A stretch of 64,000 nucleotides of DNA. It comes from Patescibacteria group bacterium (GTDB taxonomy: Bacteria; Patescibacteriota; Minisyncoccia; Minisyncoccales; RBG-13-36-15). Shown in pieces: positions 9,200-18,120 of the stretch (within the stretch, counting starts at the first letter, position 1; each line of letters opens with the position of its first letter). Location of the stretch: positions 9,559-73,558 of the forward strand of contig JAHCSE010000001.1 of assembly GCA_018609195.1 (NCBI GenBank), in the 5' to 3' direction. The notes below the pieces were generated by a model, which saw only the letters and a program-made list of their open reading frames with translations, was not told the origin of the DNA and made no database searches. Both the position numbers and the translations under genes were made by a program.

Positions 9200-9757
9200 C
9201 TATGTTTTAATTGGGAATCCCAGCGACTTTAACAACTCTATTCCCTCCTCTTTGTTTTTAGCTGTCGTAACCACAGTTATTTCCAAACCGAAATTTAATT
9301 TTGTTTTTTCTGGGGATATTTCCGGAAAGGCAATATGTTCTCGAATACCTATAGTTAAATTTCCTTTTTTATCAACAGAATTTGAATTAATCCCCCGGAA
9401 ATCTCGGGATCTAGGTAGGACAATATTAATTAATCTTTCTAAAAAATCATACATTATTTTTCTTCTCAGGGTGGCTTTCGCTCCTATTGGCTGGTCTTTT
9501 CTAATTCTAAAACCAGAGATTGGCTTTTTAGCCTTACTCAAAATAGGCTTTTGTCCGCAAATTAAAGCTAAATCATTCAAAATACTGTCTGCAATTTTCT
9601 TTTGCTCCTCTGATGTTTTACCAGCTATAAATTTACCAAAGCCAGTATTGACTATCACTTTCTTAATGTTAGGAACAGCCATAGGATTTTTGTAGCCAAA
9701 CCTCTCTTTCATAGCCGGTATCACCTCTTTTTGATACTTTTCTTTTAAACTAAGCAT
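9200..9757 (-). CDS. rplE: 50S ribosomal protein L5
   Basis: 185 aa; PRSRDFRG and [11 protein letters not shown] motifs; operon position. Confidence 0.92.
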   Translation of the reverse strand: MLSLKEKYQKEVIPAMKERFGYKNPMAVPNIKKVIVNTGFGKFIAGKTSEEQKKIADSILNDLALICGQKPILSKAKKPISGFRIRKDQPIGAKATLRRKIMYDFLERLINIVLPRSRDFRGINSNSVDKKGNLTIGIREHIAFPEISPEKTKLNFGLEITVVTTAKNKEEGIELLKSLGFPIKT

Positions 9758-9769
9758 AAAGTAAAATTA

Positions 9770-10075
9770 TTACACTTCTTGACCACATTTTTTACAGATC
9801 CTATACTTTTTACCCTCAGTCACCTTATATCCAACTCGAGTAGCCTTCTCACACTTTGAACAAATTAGTTTAACACTGGAGACATGAATGGAAGCTGGAA
9901 ACTCTATAACTTGGCCTTTTTCTCCAGATTTGCGAGCTCTGCGATGTTTTTTTCTTACATTAATCCCCTCAACCACAATCCTTTCTTCTTTAGGAAGAGC
10001 CTTCAAAATCTTGCCCCGTCTCCCTCGGTCTTTCCCCGAAATTATTAAAGCTATGTAACCTTTTTTTATTTTCAT
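9770..10075 (-). CDS. rplX: 50S ribosomal protein L24
   Basis: KOW motif (KIKKGY..ISGKDRGRRGKI). Also carries a C-terminal CxxC...CxxC knuckle. Confidence 0.9.
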   Translation of the reverse strand: MKIKKGYIALIISGKDRGRRGKILKALPKEERIVVEGINVRKKHRRARKSGEKGQVIEFPASIHVSSVKLICSKCEKATRVGYKVTEGKKYRICKKCGQEV

Positions 10076-10076
10076 A

Positions 10077-10445
10077 TCAAACGAGTTCCTCTGCTAAAGC
10101 TGCTATTTTTTCAAATCCTTTCTCTCTTAATTCATAAGGCACAGGACCGAAAATTCTTCCTCCCTTAGGCTCTTTCTTTGTCTCTAAAATAACTGCTGCA
10201 TTATCATCAAAACGCACATAGGTCCCATCTTTTCTCCGGTAGGGTTTTCTTTGACGAATAATTACTGCTCTGACTATCTCGTGGGTTTTCACTGATCTTC
10301 TCGGTTCTGCCTTTTTAACTGTGGCCACAATCACATTTCCAATTTGAGCATATCTTCTTCTTGTTCCTCCCAACACTCGAAAACACTGAATAACTTTTGC
10401 TCCAGTATTATCGGCTACTTTTAACATTGTTCTTGGCTGAATCAT
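10077..10445 (-). CDS. rplN: 50S ribosomal protein L14
   Basis: MIQPRTMLKVADNTGAK N-terminus; 122 aa. Confidence 0.95.
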   Translation of the reverse strand: MIQPRTMLKVADNTGAKVIQCFRVLGGTRRRYAQIGNVIVATVKKAEPRRSVKTHEIVRAVIIRQRKPYRRKDGTYVRFDDNAAVILETKKEPKGGRIFGPVPYELREKGFEKIAALAEELV

Positions 10446-10541
10446 AAGCGCTTCGCTAAAATAAAATATTAAATATAAAAGGTAAAATATTTTTTTAACT
10501 TTTGATTTGTGTTTTTTATTTTTGCTTTTTTATCTTTTATT

Positions 10542-10775
10542 TTAGGCTTTGCCGATTACTCGCCATCTCTTCTCTTTACTTATTGGCCGACATTCTTCAA
10601 TAACAACTTTATCTCCCATATTATATTCTTCCTTTTCATCGTGGACTTTATATTTTTTATGGACTTTATATCGCTTTTTATATTTTGGATGTTGTATAAT
10701 CTCTTCAATTTCAACCACTATTGTTTTCTGCATTTTATTAGAAATAACTTTTCCAATTAATTGACGCTTAGGCAT
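10542..10775 (-). CDS. rpsQ: 30S ribosomal protein S17
   Basis: 77 aa; GKVISNKMQKTIVV and HDEKEEYNMGDKVVIEECRPISK motifs. Confidence 0.92.
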   Translation of the reverse strand: MPKRQLIGKVISNKMQKTIVVEIEEIIQHPKYKKRYKVHKKYKVHDEKEEYNMGDKVVIEECRPISKEKRWRVIGKA

Positions 10776-10787
10776 AAAAATTGTTGG

Positions 10788-10967
10788 CTAACTTTTTAAC
10801 ACCGTTAATATTCTCGCAATACCTTTTCTTATTTTTCTTAGCTCTCTAACATTTTTTATTTTCTTTGAAGATAGGTCAAATCGAAGTTGACGTAACTTTT
10901 CTCGGTTATTTTGGAGTAACCTTTGAAGTTCAGGTGTTGATTTTCCTTTTAACTCTTTAGCTTTCAT
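10788..10967 (-). CDS. rpmC: 50S ribosomal protein L29
   Basis: Own translation (59 aa, below the ORF-track cutoff): MKAKELKGKSTPELQRLLQNNREKLRQLRFDLSSKKIKNVRELRKIRKGIARILTVLKS. Lies between rplP and rpsQ as expected. Confidence 0.88.
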   Translation of the reverse strand: MKAKELKGKSTPELQRLLQNNREKLRQLRFDLSSKKIKNVRELRKIRKGIARILTVLKS

Positions 10968-10993
10968 ATTTTAAGTACAGCTTTCTTAATTAT

Positions 10994-11410
10994 TTATTTA
11001 CGGAAGACAAATTTTGTTTTGATTGGTAATTTATTCCCCGCTCTCCTCAAGGCTTCCTTCGCCTGTTCCATTTTTATCCCTTCTAACTCAAAAATAATCC
11101 GGCCTGGTTTTATTGGAAAGACATAATGATCAACTGATCCTTTCCCCCCACCCATTGGAACTTCTGTCCCTTTCATAGTCACTGGTTTCTGAGGAAAAAT
11201 TCTAATCCAAAGCTTCCCCCCTTTTTTCAAATATCTAATAATCGCTCTCCTCGCTGCCTCAATTTGCCTGGAACTAATCCATCTACTCTCAAGGCTTTTT
11301 AAACCAAAGCTACCGAGGACAAGCTCCGTTCCTCGGGTCTCAATCCCTTTCGATCTCCCCTTTTGCCATTTCCTATGTTTAACTTTTTTTGGGTAAAGCA
11401 TATTATTCAA
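10994..11410 (-). CDS. rplP: 50S ribosomal protein L16
   Basis: [16 protein letters not shown] and GKGSVDHYV motifs. The true start may be the ATG at 11401 (MLYPKK). Confidence 0.92.
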   Translation of the reverse strand: MNNMLYPKKVKHRKWQKGRSKGIETRGTELVLGSFGLKSLESRWISSRQIEAARRAIIRYLKKGGKLWIRIFPQKPVTMKGTEVPMGGGKGSVDHYVFPIKPGRIIFELEGIKMEQAKEALRRAGNKLPIKTKFVFRK

Positions 11411-12047
11411 ATTTTTCTCCCTTATAAATCCAGACCTTCACCCCTATTACTCCATACGCACAAAAGGCTTCGGCAGTTGCATAATCAATATCCGCTCTTA
11501 AGGTCTGACGGGGAAGCCTTCCTTTTTTCTGCCATTCCTTTCTCGCAATCTCTCTCCCGCCCAATCTGCCCGAAACCTCTACCCTCGCCCCTTGGACTTG
11601 TTTTGAAGCCATGATTCTATCCAAGGCCTGTCTTAATACTCTTCTATAGAAGATTCTCTTTTCTATCTGCTGAGCCATCCATTGGCTAACCAATTGAGCA
11701 TGGGCCCAGGGGTCTCTAATCTCTCGAATTTCAACTTTAACCTCCCTTTTTTTATCTGCAGTTAAAATCTTTTTCGCTAAATCTTTTCTTAGTTTCTCAA
11801 TTCCTTCTCCCCCTCGACCAATAATTAAACCGGGTCGGGATGTCGTTATGATAATATTTAATTTCCCAGCAGATCTTTCAATTTCAATTTTCTCCAGGCC
11901 CATCTGGCTTAATCTTTTTTTTAAAAATTCTCTAATTCGGAAATCTTCCTCTAAAAATTTAGAGAAATCTTTTTTAGTTAGCCACCTCGAACCCCAATCG
12001 GCTGTCTCTTTTATTCTAAAAATTTTGGGATGAACTTTATGAGCCAT
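11403..12047 (-). CDS. rpsC: 30S ribosomal protein S3
   Basis: [12 protein letters not shown]-terminus, KH domain, [13 protein letters not shown]. Confidence 0.94.
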   Translation of the reverse strand: MAHKVHPKIFRIKETADWGSRWLTKKDFSKFLEEDFRIREFLKKRLSQMGLEKIEIERSAGKLNIIITTSRPGLIIGRGGEGIEKLRKDLAKKILTADKKREVKVEIREIRDPWAHAQLVSQWMAQQIEKRIFYRRVLRQALDRIMASKQVQGARVEVSGRLGGREIARKEWQKKGRLPRQTLRADIDYATAEAFCAYGVIGVKVWIYKGEKFE

Positions 12048-12049
12048 TT

Positions 12050-12541
12050 TTAGAAGGCTTTCCGCCTAAAGACCCGTTTAACCTCCCTTTCTACTTTCGG
12101 TCTGGGTAAGACTATCTCTGGCCTTAATTTAGGTTTCTCTTTTTTGAGAATTTTAATCTTTTCCACTTTTTCTACCTTTTTTGCTTCCTTAACTTTTTTA
12201 GGTTTTTTCGTAACCTCCTCTAATATCAAAGTGATGTGGGAAGTCTTTTTTTGAATTTCTGAAACCTGTCCCCGGGCTCGGGGCATCCATCTTTTTAGTT
12301 TTGGTCCCTCGTCAACTGTGATTTTTGAAATATAAAAATTGTCCTCAGTTAATTGGAGAGTATTTTTAGCATTGGAGATCGCTTGCTTTAAAAGCTTAAG
12401 TAAAGGAAGAGCTGCTCTTTTGGTAGTAAAATTTAAAATAGTTTGGGCTTCTAAAACTGACTTTCCCCTAACTAAATCAGTAACTAATCTCACTTTCCGG
12501 GGAGCAATTCGTAAATATCTTAACTTAGCTGTAACTGGCAT
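12050..12541 (-). CDS. rplV: 50S ribosomal protein L22 (Lys-rich C-terminal extension)
   Basis: AKLRYLRIAPRKVRLV N-terminus and KRWMPRARGQ motif, plus a tail of about 50 aa rich in K/E. Confidence 0.9.
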   Translation of the reverse strand: MPVTAKLRYLRIAPRKVRLVTDLVRGKSVLEAQTILNFTTKRAALPLLKLLKQAISNAKNTLQLTEDNFYISKITVDEGPKLKRWMPRARGQVSEIQKKTSHITLILEEVTKKPKKVKEAKKVEKVEKIKILKKEKPKLRPEIVLPRPKVEREVKRVFRRKAF

Positions 12542-12576
12542 AAAATAATAAACAAGATTGGTTATTCTTTTTCCTT

Positions 12577-12888
12577 TTATTTTAGTTTCTCTGTCTCTTT
12601 TGCTCTAGTTTTTTCCTCTAATTCTCTTTGCATCCTACCACCATGTCTAAAAAACTTCGTGGTTGGGGCAAATTCTCCCAATTTATGACCAACTATCTCT
12701 TCAGTTATAGTAACTGGAATATGTTCTTTGCCATTATGAACGCCGAAAGTAAAGCCGACCATTTCCGGAGTGATGGTACAGCTTCTTGACCAAGTCTTAA
12801 TAATTTCTTTCGTACCAGGTTTTAGATTTTTAATTTTTTTTAATAATTTTTGGTCAACAAAAGGACCTTTCTTTAATGAACGTGCCAT
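12577..12888 (-). CDS. rpsS: 30S ribosomal protein S19
   Basis: [19 protein letters not shown] and [10 protein letters not shown] motifs. Confidence 0.94.
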   Translation of the reverse strand: MARSLKKGPFVDQKLLKKIKNLKPGTKEIIKTWSRSCTITPEMVGFTFGVHNGKEHIPVTITEEIVGHKLGEFAPTTKFFRHGGRMQRELEEKTRAKETEKLK

Positions 12889-12889
12889 A

Positions 12890-13684
12890 TTATTTCTTTT
12901 TTCTTCTTTGAATTATGTATTTATCTGTCCATCTTTTTTTTCTGGTCCTCACCCCTCGAGCTGGTTTTCCCCAAGGAGTTTTTGGATGTTTCAAGCCAAT
13001 GGGAGCCTTCCCCTCCCCTCCCCCATGGGGATGATCAGGAGGAATCATGGCTGTTCCCCGAACAGTAGGTCTCCTTCCTTTTAATCTTGTTCTTCCTGCT
13101 TTGCTAATTATCTCGTAAATTTTTTCAGGGTGAGAGACCATTCCAATTGAAGCGAAACATCGATTGGAAATTTTTCTAATTTCTCTAGAAGGCATCTCCA
13201 AATGAGTAAATTGATCTTCTTGGGCCAAAACCCGAGCTCCGGTTCCAGCCCCCCTGACCAGTTTTCCTCCCCTGCCTGGCTCAATTTCAATATTATAGAT
13301 CATGGTGCCTAAGGGAATATTTTTTAATTTCATTCGATTTCCAGCAGATATTGGGGCTTTCTCTGAAATCTGAACCTCATCTTTAATTTTTAAGTTTTGG
13401 GGAGCTAAAATATATCTCCTCTCTCCATCCTCATATTCCAGAAGAGCTAAAAACCCAGATCTGTAAGGATCGTATTCAAGAGATATGACTTTAGCTTTCT
13501 TTCCCATTTTTTCCTGGCCAAAATCAACAATTCGATAGAGCCTTTTTACCCCTCCCCCTCGGTGCCGCACCGTAATCCTGCCACTTGATCCTCTGCCGGC
13601 CGCACTCTTTAAGTGCAGGAGTAATCTTTTTTCGGGCTCTTTTTTAGATAATATTTTAATTGATGTTGATTTATCTCTTTTCAT
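12890..13684 (-). CDS. rplB: 50S ribosomal protein L2
   Basis: [11 protein letters not shown] and [14 protein letters not shown] motifs. Confidence 0.95.
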   Translation of the reverse strand: MKRDKSTSIKILSKKEPEKRLLLHLKSAAGRGSSGRITVRHRGGGVKRLYRIVDFGQEKMGKKAKVISLEYDPYRSGFLALLEYEDGERRYILAPQNLKIKDEVQISEKAPISAGNRMKLKNIPLGTMIYNIEIEPGRGGKLVRGAGTGARVLAQEDQFTHLEMPSREIRKISNRCFASIGMVSHPEKIYEIISKAGRTRLKGRRPTVRGTAMIPPDHPHGGGEGKAPIGLKHPKTPWGKPARGVRTRKKRWTDKYIIQRRKKK

Positions 13685-13696
13685 AAAAATTAAGTT

Positions 13697-14113
13697 TTAT
13701 CTTGGCAACACTTCAATTTTTTGTCCCTCTTTTATTTTGACTATTGCTTTTTTATATCCTTTTCTCCAGCCAGTTATTCTCCCTAATCTTCTCCTTTTTT
13801 GAGGAATCTTTATAATTTTAACATCTACGACCTTCACTCCATAAAGACCTTCAATTACCCTTTTAATCTCAATCTTATTAGATCTGGAATAAACTTTAAA
13901 AACGTATTGATTTTTTTTAGTCAAATCGGTAGCTTTCTCTGTGATATGGAGGGATTTTAATATTCGATAGGCATGAAGGGGAATTCCCTTTCTCTCAATT
14001 CTTTTTTCTTCTGGAGGAATTTCAGGTTCTCTCACTTCCTTCACCTTCTTTTCTGGAATTTCTCTTTTCTCTTTTTTAATTTTTTTCTTTCGAAAACGGT
14101 CTAAAATTCCCAT
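13697..14113 (-). CDS. rplW: 50S ribosomal protein L23 (N-terminal K/E-rich extension)
   Basis: L23 core (YVFKV...IKRVIEGLYGVKVVDVKII) preceded by about 45 extra residues. Confidence 0.88.
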   Translation of the reverse strand: MGILDRFRKKKIKKEKREIPEKKVKEVREPEIPPEEKRIERKGIPLHAYRILKSLHITEKATDLTKKNQYVFKVYSRSNKIEIKRVIEGLYGVKVVDVKIIKIPQKRRRLGRITGWRKGYKKAIVKIKEGQKIEVLPR

Positions 14114-14132
14114 ATTGTTATTACAGAGCGAA

Positions 14133-14271
14133 GTCGCTCGCCCTCCTCCAGCCTTTGGCTGGCGGTCGCCTTCGGCGACCTTCGGGCTCGCTCTTTAGAA
14201 ACCCTCGGTTTCTAACACTCGCTTCGCTTGCTGTTTTCCTACACGGGAGAACCTATGGTTCTCCCGACCCC
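14133..14271 (-). repeat. module A element, copy A1 (4 hairpins)
   Basis: Sense strand: GGGGTCGGGAGAAC-CATAG-GTTCTCCCGTGTAGGAAAACAG..TTAGAAACC-GAG-GGTTTCTAA..GTCGCC-GAA-GGCGAC..CCAGCC-AAA-GGCTGG..AGGAGGGCGAGCGAC. Confidence 0.85.
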
Positions 14272-14923
14272 TCTCCATTTTGGGCAGCAAATTGGGTTTC
14301 AGGAATGTCTCTTTTATTATATTTATTGATTCTTTAGGTATTAATAAATATTTGAAAGAAAGTAAGTCCAAGGGATTTAAATCTTTAGTCTGGGTAGTTT
14401 CTACTTTAGGAATATTTTTTGAGGCTCTAATGACAGCTTCCTCTTTTGTAGGAAGAGCAATCAAACAAGATGCTTTTTTTATTGGTAGATTATTTAAAAT
14501 CTCAACAATCAATTTTGTCTTTGGTTTATCTAATTTTAAAGAATCCAAAAGAACTATTAAATTTTCTTTAGCTTTCGTTGATAATACCATAAACAAAGCT
14601 TTTCTTCTCATTTTTTTAGGAATTTTTTGCTTAAAAACTCTCGTTTTTCTTGGTCCAAAAGTGATTCCTCCTCCTCGCCAGATTGGAGAACGAATAGAGC
14701 CTGCCCTCGCTCTCCCTGTTCCTTTTTGCCGCCAGGGTTTTCTTCCTCCACCCCGAACCTCAGCTCTAATTTTGGTATGAGCGATAGGAATCCTTCTATT
14801 TGCCATCTGGCTCACCACTACCTGATGTACTAAATCAGGATTGATTTTCACATCAAAAATTTCTTTTGGTAATGAAGTTTTCCCAACTTCTTTTCCTTCT
14901 TGATTGTAAGTCTTAATAAACAT
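14195..14923 (-). CDS. rplD: 50S ribosomal protein L4 (C-terminus reads into repeat A1)
   Basis: L4 motifs (RGGGRKPWRQKGTGRAR). There is no stop before the repeat, so the last ~25 codons (..ERGRENHRFSRVGKQQAKRVLETEGF) are encoded by element A1. Confidence 0.9.
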   Translation of the reverse strand: MFIKTYNQEGKEVGKTSLPKEIFDVKINPDLVHQVVVSQMANRRIPIAHTKIRAEVRGGGRKPWRQKGTGRARAGSIRSPIWRGGGITFGPRKTRVFKQKIPKKMRRKALFMVLSTKAKENLIVLLDSLKLDKPKTKLIVEILNNLPIKKASCLIALPTKEEAVIRASKNIPKVETTQTKDLNPLDLLSFKYLLIPKESINIIKETFLKPNLLPKMERGRENHRFSRVGKQQAKRVLETEGF

Positions 14924-14931
14924 AAGTTAAT

Positions 14932-15080
14932 AGCGAGGGTAAGTTTTTCAAAGAGCATCTCGGAGGCATCGCTGGCATGGTGTCCGAGCGCAACGAGGAA
15001 CAGCGACGCCGAGAGTTGAACAAAATTTTCCTCGCTGGGGAAAATTATTGTGTCTCTTTGAGGAAGCTTTGCCCGAACGC
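14932..15080 (-). repeat. module B element, copy B1 (149 nt)
   Basis: About 91% identical (13 mismatches by eye) to 20288..20436. Fills the whole rplC-rplD spacer. Imperfect terminal inverted repeats GCGTTCGGGCAAAGC / GCTTACCCTCGCT. Confidence 0.85.
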
Positions 15081-15674
15081 TTATCCTCTAATTTCAAGCA
15101 GTGTTCCTTTTGCTCCTGGTACTGCTCCCTTCACTGCTAATAAATTATTTTCTGCATCAACTTTCACAACTTTTAAATTTTTCACTGTAACTCTTTCAAA
15201 GCCCATTCTGCCTGGCATTTTTTTTCCTTTAATCACTCTCTCTGGGAATGAAGAACCAACAGATCCCGGAGTTCTGGCTTCATGCTTTACTCCGTGAGAA
15301 GCTCCTCTTCCAGCAAATCCCCATCTTTTGACTACTCCGGCAAATCCTTTTCCTTTTGAGATACCAGAAATTTTCACTTTTTCTCCTTCCTCAAAAATTG
15401 AAACATCAATCTTTTGCCCTTCTTTAAAATCCTTTGCTTTATTTTTAAATTCTCTTAGAAATCTGAAAGGTTTTTTCCTCAGTGGTTTTTTAATCCGCTT
15501 TTTTTTCTCTATTTTTTTAAAACCGAGTTGAATAGCTTCGTACCTATCTTTTTCTTCGGTCTTCACTTGCGTGACAAAACAGGGGCCAGCCTCGATTACT
15601 GTTACTGACAAGACATTACCTTTTTCATCAAATATCTGGGACATTCCTAATTTTTGACCAAGAATAAACTTCAT
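15081..15674 (-). CDS. rplC: 50S ribosomal protein L3
   Basis: 197 aa; GKGFAGVVKRWGF and FKEGQKIDVS motifs. Confidence 0.93.
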   Translation of the reverse strand: MKFILGQKLGMSQIFDEKGNVLSVTVIEAGPCFVTQVKTEEKDRYEAIQLGFKKIEKKKRIKKPLRKKPFRFLREFKNKAKDFKEGQKIDVSIFEEGEKVKISGISKGKGFAGVVKRWGFAGRGASHGVKHEARTPGSVGSSFPERVIKGKKMPGRMGFERVTVKNLKVVKVDAENNLLAVKGAVPGAKGTLLEIRG

Positions 15675-15873
15675 ACTTTCCTACGAATTACTCTATCGCT
15701 AAGCGACTCCCCGGAGGGTTGATATTTGCGAATATACGAATAATAATTTTCCAACAAAATACCGGGCACTAACCCGGTACTTTATTTTGTAGGTTAGTTA
15801 ATTTTATAATTTTATAAATTTTTGAAATAATTATTTCTTATCATAATGAGATAAAAAATATATTCGTAGGTAT

Positions 15874-15900
15874 CTACATTTTTATTTCGATATCACCTCC
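15874..15900 (-). repeat. orphan duplicate of the last 8 codons + stop of rpsJ
   Basis: ctacatttttatttcgatatcacctcc versus 16010..16036 ctacatttttatttcgatgtcaactcc (25/27 identical). Lies on the far side of element A2. Confidence 0.85.
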
Positions 15901-15990
15901 GTCGCTCCGCTCCTTAGAAACCCGCGGTTTCTAACGCTCGCTTCACTCGCTGTTTTCCTACACGGGGAGACACCCAGTCTCCCCGACCCC
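15901..15990 (-). repeat. module A element, copy A2 (short form, hairpins 1-2)
   Basis: Sense: GGGGTCGGGGAGAC-TGGGT-GTCTCCCCGTGTAGGAAAACAG..TTAGAAACC-GCG-GGTTTCTAA-GGAGCGGAGCGAC. Confidence 0.85.
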
Positions 15991-16009
15991 TTCTGTGCGG
16001 AGTTGCCAT

Positions 16010-16354
16010 CTACATTTTTATTTCGATGTCAACTCCGGCTGGTAAATTTAAATTCATCAGAGAATCGATCACTTTTGAGCTAGGATTTAAAATATCAATG
16101 AGTCTTTTGTGAATTCTCGTTTCAAACTGTTCTCGGGCATCTTTGTGGATAAAAGAAGATCTATTGACGGTGTATTTGTGAATTTCAGTTGGTAAGGGGA
16201 CAGGTCCCGAGACCTCCGCCCCATATCTTAAAACAGTCTCCACAATCTGCCGAGCACTGCTATCTATAACTTTGTGGTCATAGGCTTTAAGCCTTATCCT
16301 AATCCTTGGCTTAACTTCTTCCTCAATTTCTTTTGATTTTTCCTTAACTTTCAT
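16010..16354 (-). CDS. rpsJ: 30S ribosomal protein S10
   Basis: 114 aa; [15 protein letters not shown] and [14 protein letters not shown] motifs. N-terminal K/E extension. Confidence 0.94.
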   Translation of the reverse strand: MKVKEKSKEIEEEVKPRIRIRLKAYDHKVIDSSARQIVETVLRYGAEVSGPVPLPTEIHKYTVNRSSFIHKDAREQFETRIHKRLIDILNPSSKVIDSLMNLNLPAGVDIEIKM

Positions 16355-16376
16355 CTTAAAAAGGACAAAAAATTTT

Positions 16377-16447
16377 TAGGTTTTAGCGTTTAGGATCTAG
16401 GTCTATTAAGTGATATTAAATTTAAAAAAACTCGACGCTAAAACCTA
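16377..16447 (-). terminator. long hairpin between tuf and rpsJ (attenuator/terminator candidate)
   Basis: 12-bp stem TAGGTTTTAGCG/CGCTAAAACCTA followed on the minus strand by AAAATTTTTT. Confidence 0.4.
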
Positions 16448-16458
16448 GGCGCTAGACC

Positions 16459-17658
16459 CTATTTCACTATCTTCGTCACCACTCCTGCCCCCACTGTCTT
16501 TCCTCCCTCTCTGATGGCAAATCTTTGTTTTTCTTCCAAGGCGATAGGAAAAATTAATTTGATCTTCAAATTAACCGTATCCCCTGGCATAACCATTTCT
16601 GTACCTTCTAGTAAAGTTACCTCTCCTGTAACATCGGTGGTCCGGAAATAAAATTGGGGTTTATAACCAGAAAAGAAAGGAGTATGCCTTCCCCCTTCTT
16701 CTTTCGTTAGCACATAGACTTCTCCTTCAAAATCAGTATGGGGGGTAATTGAACCCGGTTTAGCTAGAACCTGACCTCTTTCCACTTCTTCTTTTTTTAA
16801 TCCCCTTACTAAGATTCCAACATTATCTCCTGCTCTTCCTTCGTCAAGTATTTTGTTAAACATTTCAATACTCACAACCACAGTTTTAATAGTAGGTCGC
16901 AAACCAACCAGTTCAACTTCTTCATTAGGGTGAACTATTCCCCGTTCGATTCTGCCCGTAGCCACCGTTCCTCTCCCTGCAATAGAGAAAACATCTTCAA
17001 TAGCCATCAAAACGGGTTTATCAATTTCTCTCACTGGTTCTGGAATAAAATCATCTAAGGCTTTAACCAAATCCAAAATTGGTTTAGCTTTTTCATCATC
17101 AGGGGAACTGGCCTCCAAGGCTTTCAAAGCCGATCCTCTAATTATTGGAGTTTTATCTCCTGGGAAACCATATTTTTTCAAAAGCTCCCTGAGTTCTGAC
17201 TCCACTAAGTTAATCATCTCTTGATCTTCTACGAGATCGCATTTATTCAAGAAAATAACAATTGAAGGCAGACCAACCTGTCTTGCTAATAAAATGTGTT
17301 CTCTAGTCTGGGGCATGGGGCCATCAGGAGCAGAAACTACTAGAATTGCTCCATCCATTTGAGCAGCTCCCGTAATCATGTTTTTGATGTAATCTGCATG
17401 GCCTGGACAATCAATATGAGCGTAGTGTCTTTTCTCGGTCTCGTATTCAACGTGAGTAATATTGATAGTCAATCCTCGAGCCCTTTCTTCGGGAGCTGAA
17501 TCAATTTCCTCCACTGTCTTTTTTGAGGTCCGCAATCCTTTTAACCCCAAGATTTTCAAAATAGCGGCAGTCAGCGTAGTCTTTCCATGATCGACATGGC
17601 CAATTGTCCCTACGTTGAGATGGGGTTTTACCCTTTCAAATTTTTCTTTCTCTGCCAT
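16459..17658 (-). CDS. tuf: elongation factor Tu
   Basis: [18 protein letters not shown] and NKCD GTPase motifs; 399 aa. Confidence 0.97.
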   Translation of the reverse strand: MAEKEKFERVKPHLNVGTIGHVDHGKTTLTAAILKILGLKGLRTSKKTVEEIDSAPEERARGLTINITHVEYETEKRHYAHIDCPGHADYIKNMITGAAQMDGAILVVSAPDGPMPQTREHILLARQVGLPSIVIFLNKCDLVEDQEMINLVESELRELLKKYGFPGDKTPIIRGSALKALEASSPDDEKAKPILDLVKALDDFIPEPVREIDKPVLMAIEDVFSIAGRGTVATGRIERGIVHPNEEVELVGLRPTIKTVVVSIEMFNKILDEGRAGDNVGILVRGLKKEEVERGQVLAKPGSITPHTDFEGEVYVLTKEEGGRHTPFFSGYKPQFYFRTTDVTGEVTLLEGTEMVMPGDTVNLKIKLIFPIALEEKQRFAIREGGKTVGAGVVTKIVK

Positions 17659-17748
17659 TTTGTAAGAGCTTCTAGGTTCTCGCTTCTAGGTTTTAGAAAT
17701 TTACTAATTATCTATAAGCTGAAAGCTAAAAGCTGATCTTATATTATT

Positions 17749-17776
17749 ATCTTAGTAAACCCTGAAAAATAGTCAA
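17749..17776 (-). promoter_or_regulatory. candidate sigma70-like promoter for tuf
   Basis: Minus strand TTGACT-N16-TAAGAT about 90 nt upstream of the tuf ATG. Confidence 0.4.
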
Positions 17777-17847
17777 GCTAGTTTACTAACTAATTTCCTT
17801 TGTATCAAAAATTCCTAACGGGGTCAATAGATTGGTTGTGGATTATC

Positions 17848-17925
17848 CTATTTCCTCTTTCCCTCAATGATCTCCTGAGTAATATTCTGAGGTACTTCTC
17901 CGTAATGGTCGAATTCCATCGTAAA
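17848..17925 (-). pseudogene. orphan second copy of the last 25 codons + stop of fusA
   Basis: Encodes [25 protein letters not shown] versus the fusA end [25 protein letters not shown] (22/25 aa identical, 54/78 nt identical). Confidence 0.85.
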
Positions 17926-18089
17926 GTCGCTCCGCTCCTCCAGTCTTCGGCTGGCGCTCCCCGCCAACATCTTCGAAGTTGTGGCGGGTCGCTTCGCTCC
18001 GCTCCCCAGACACCTCTCGGTTTCTGGCGGTCGTCGCTTCGCTCCTCCCTGTTTTCCTACACGGGAAAACACCCAGTTTTCCCGACCCC
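17926..18089 (-). repeat. module A element, copy A3
   Basis: Sense: GGGGTCGGGAAAAC-TGGGT-GTTTTCCCGTGTAGGAAAACAG..CCAGAAACC-GAGA-GGTGTCTGG..two further hairpins..GGAGCGGAGCGAC. Confidence 0.85.
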
Positions 18090-18120
18090 TTTCTGCTTCA
18101 CTATGGAGTTTTATCTAAAA

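Noticed and set aside
9195-9695. Long antisense ORFs opposite real genes (for example 9195..9695, 14280..14780, 19750..20265, 4675..5067, 51976..52506, 48282..48707, 56211..56591, 50572..51033)
   Set aside because: These are shadow ORFs typical of AT-rich genomes. Each lies fully inside a confidently identified gene on the other strand or frame and has low-complexity composition.
14977-15297. Plus-strand ORFs over the repeats (14977..15297, 14155..14337, 17800..18273, 20372..20668, 20404..20763) and the minus-strand ORF 20304..20513
   Set aside because: They are GC-rich repeat sequence that happens to lack stops. They overlap well-supported r-protein genes or repeat copies and show no start context.
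17848-18072. 74-aa minus-strand ORF (MFSRVGKQGG...EIIEGKRK) as an independent gene
   Set aside because: Its N-terminal two thirds are a read-through of repeat element A3; the same FSRVGKQ peptide appears in the L4 tail. Only its last 25 codons carry real coding signal (the fusA tail duplicate). It is reported as an element plus an orphan gene end instead.
17926-18120. Module A as a group I or group II intron or a known small ribozyme
   Set aside because: It is too short (90-165 nt) and variable in length. I could not find a P7/G-binding core, domain V, a hammerhead CUGANGA...GAAA core or similar. The guide-like pairing and duplicated exon end are noted, but the intron idea remains speculation only.
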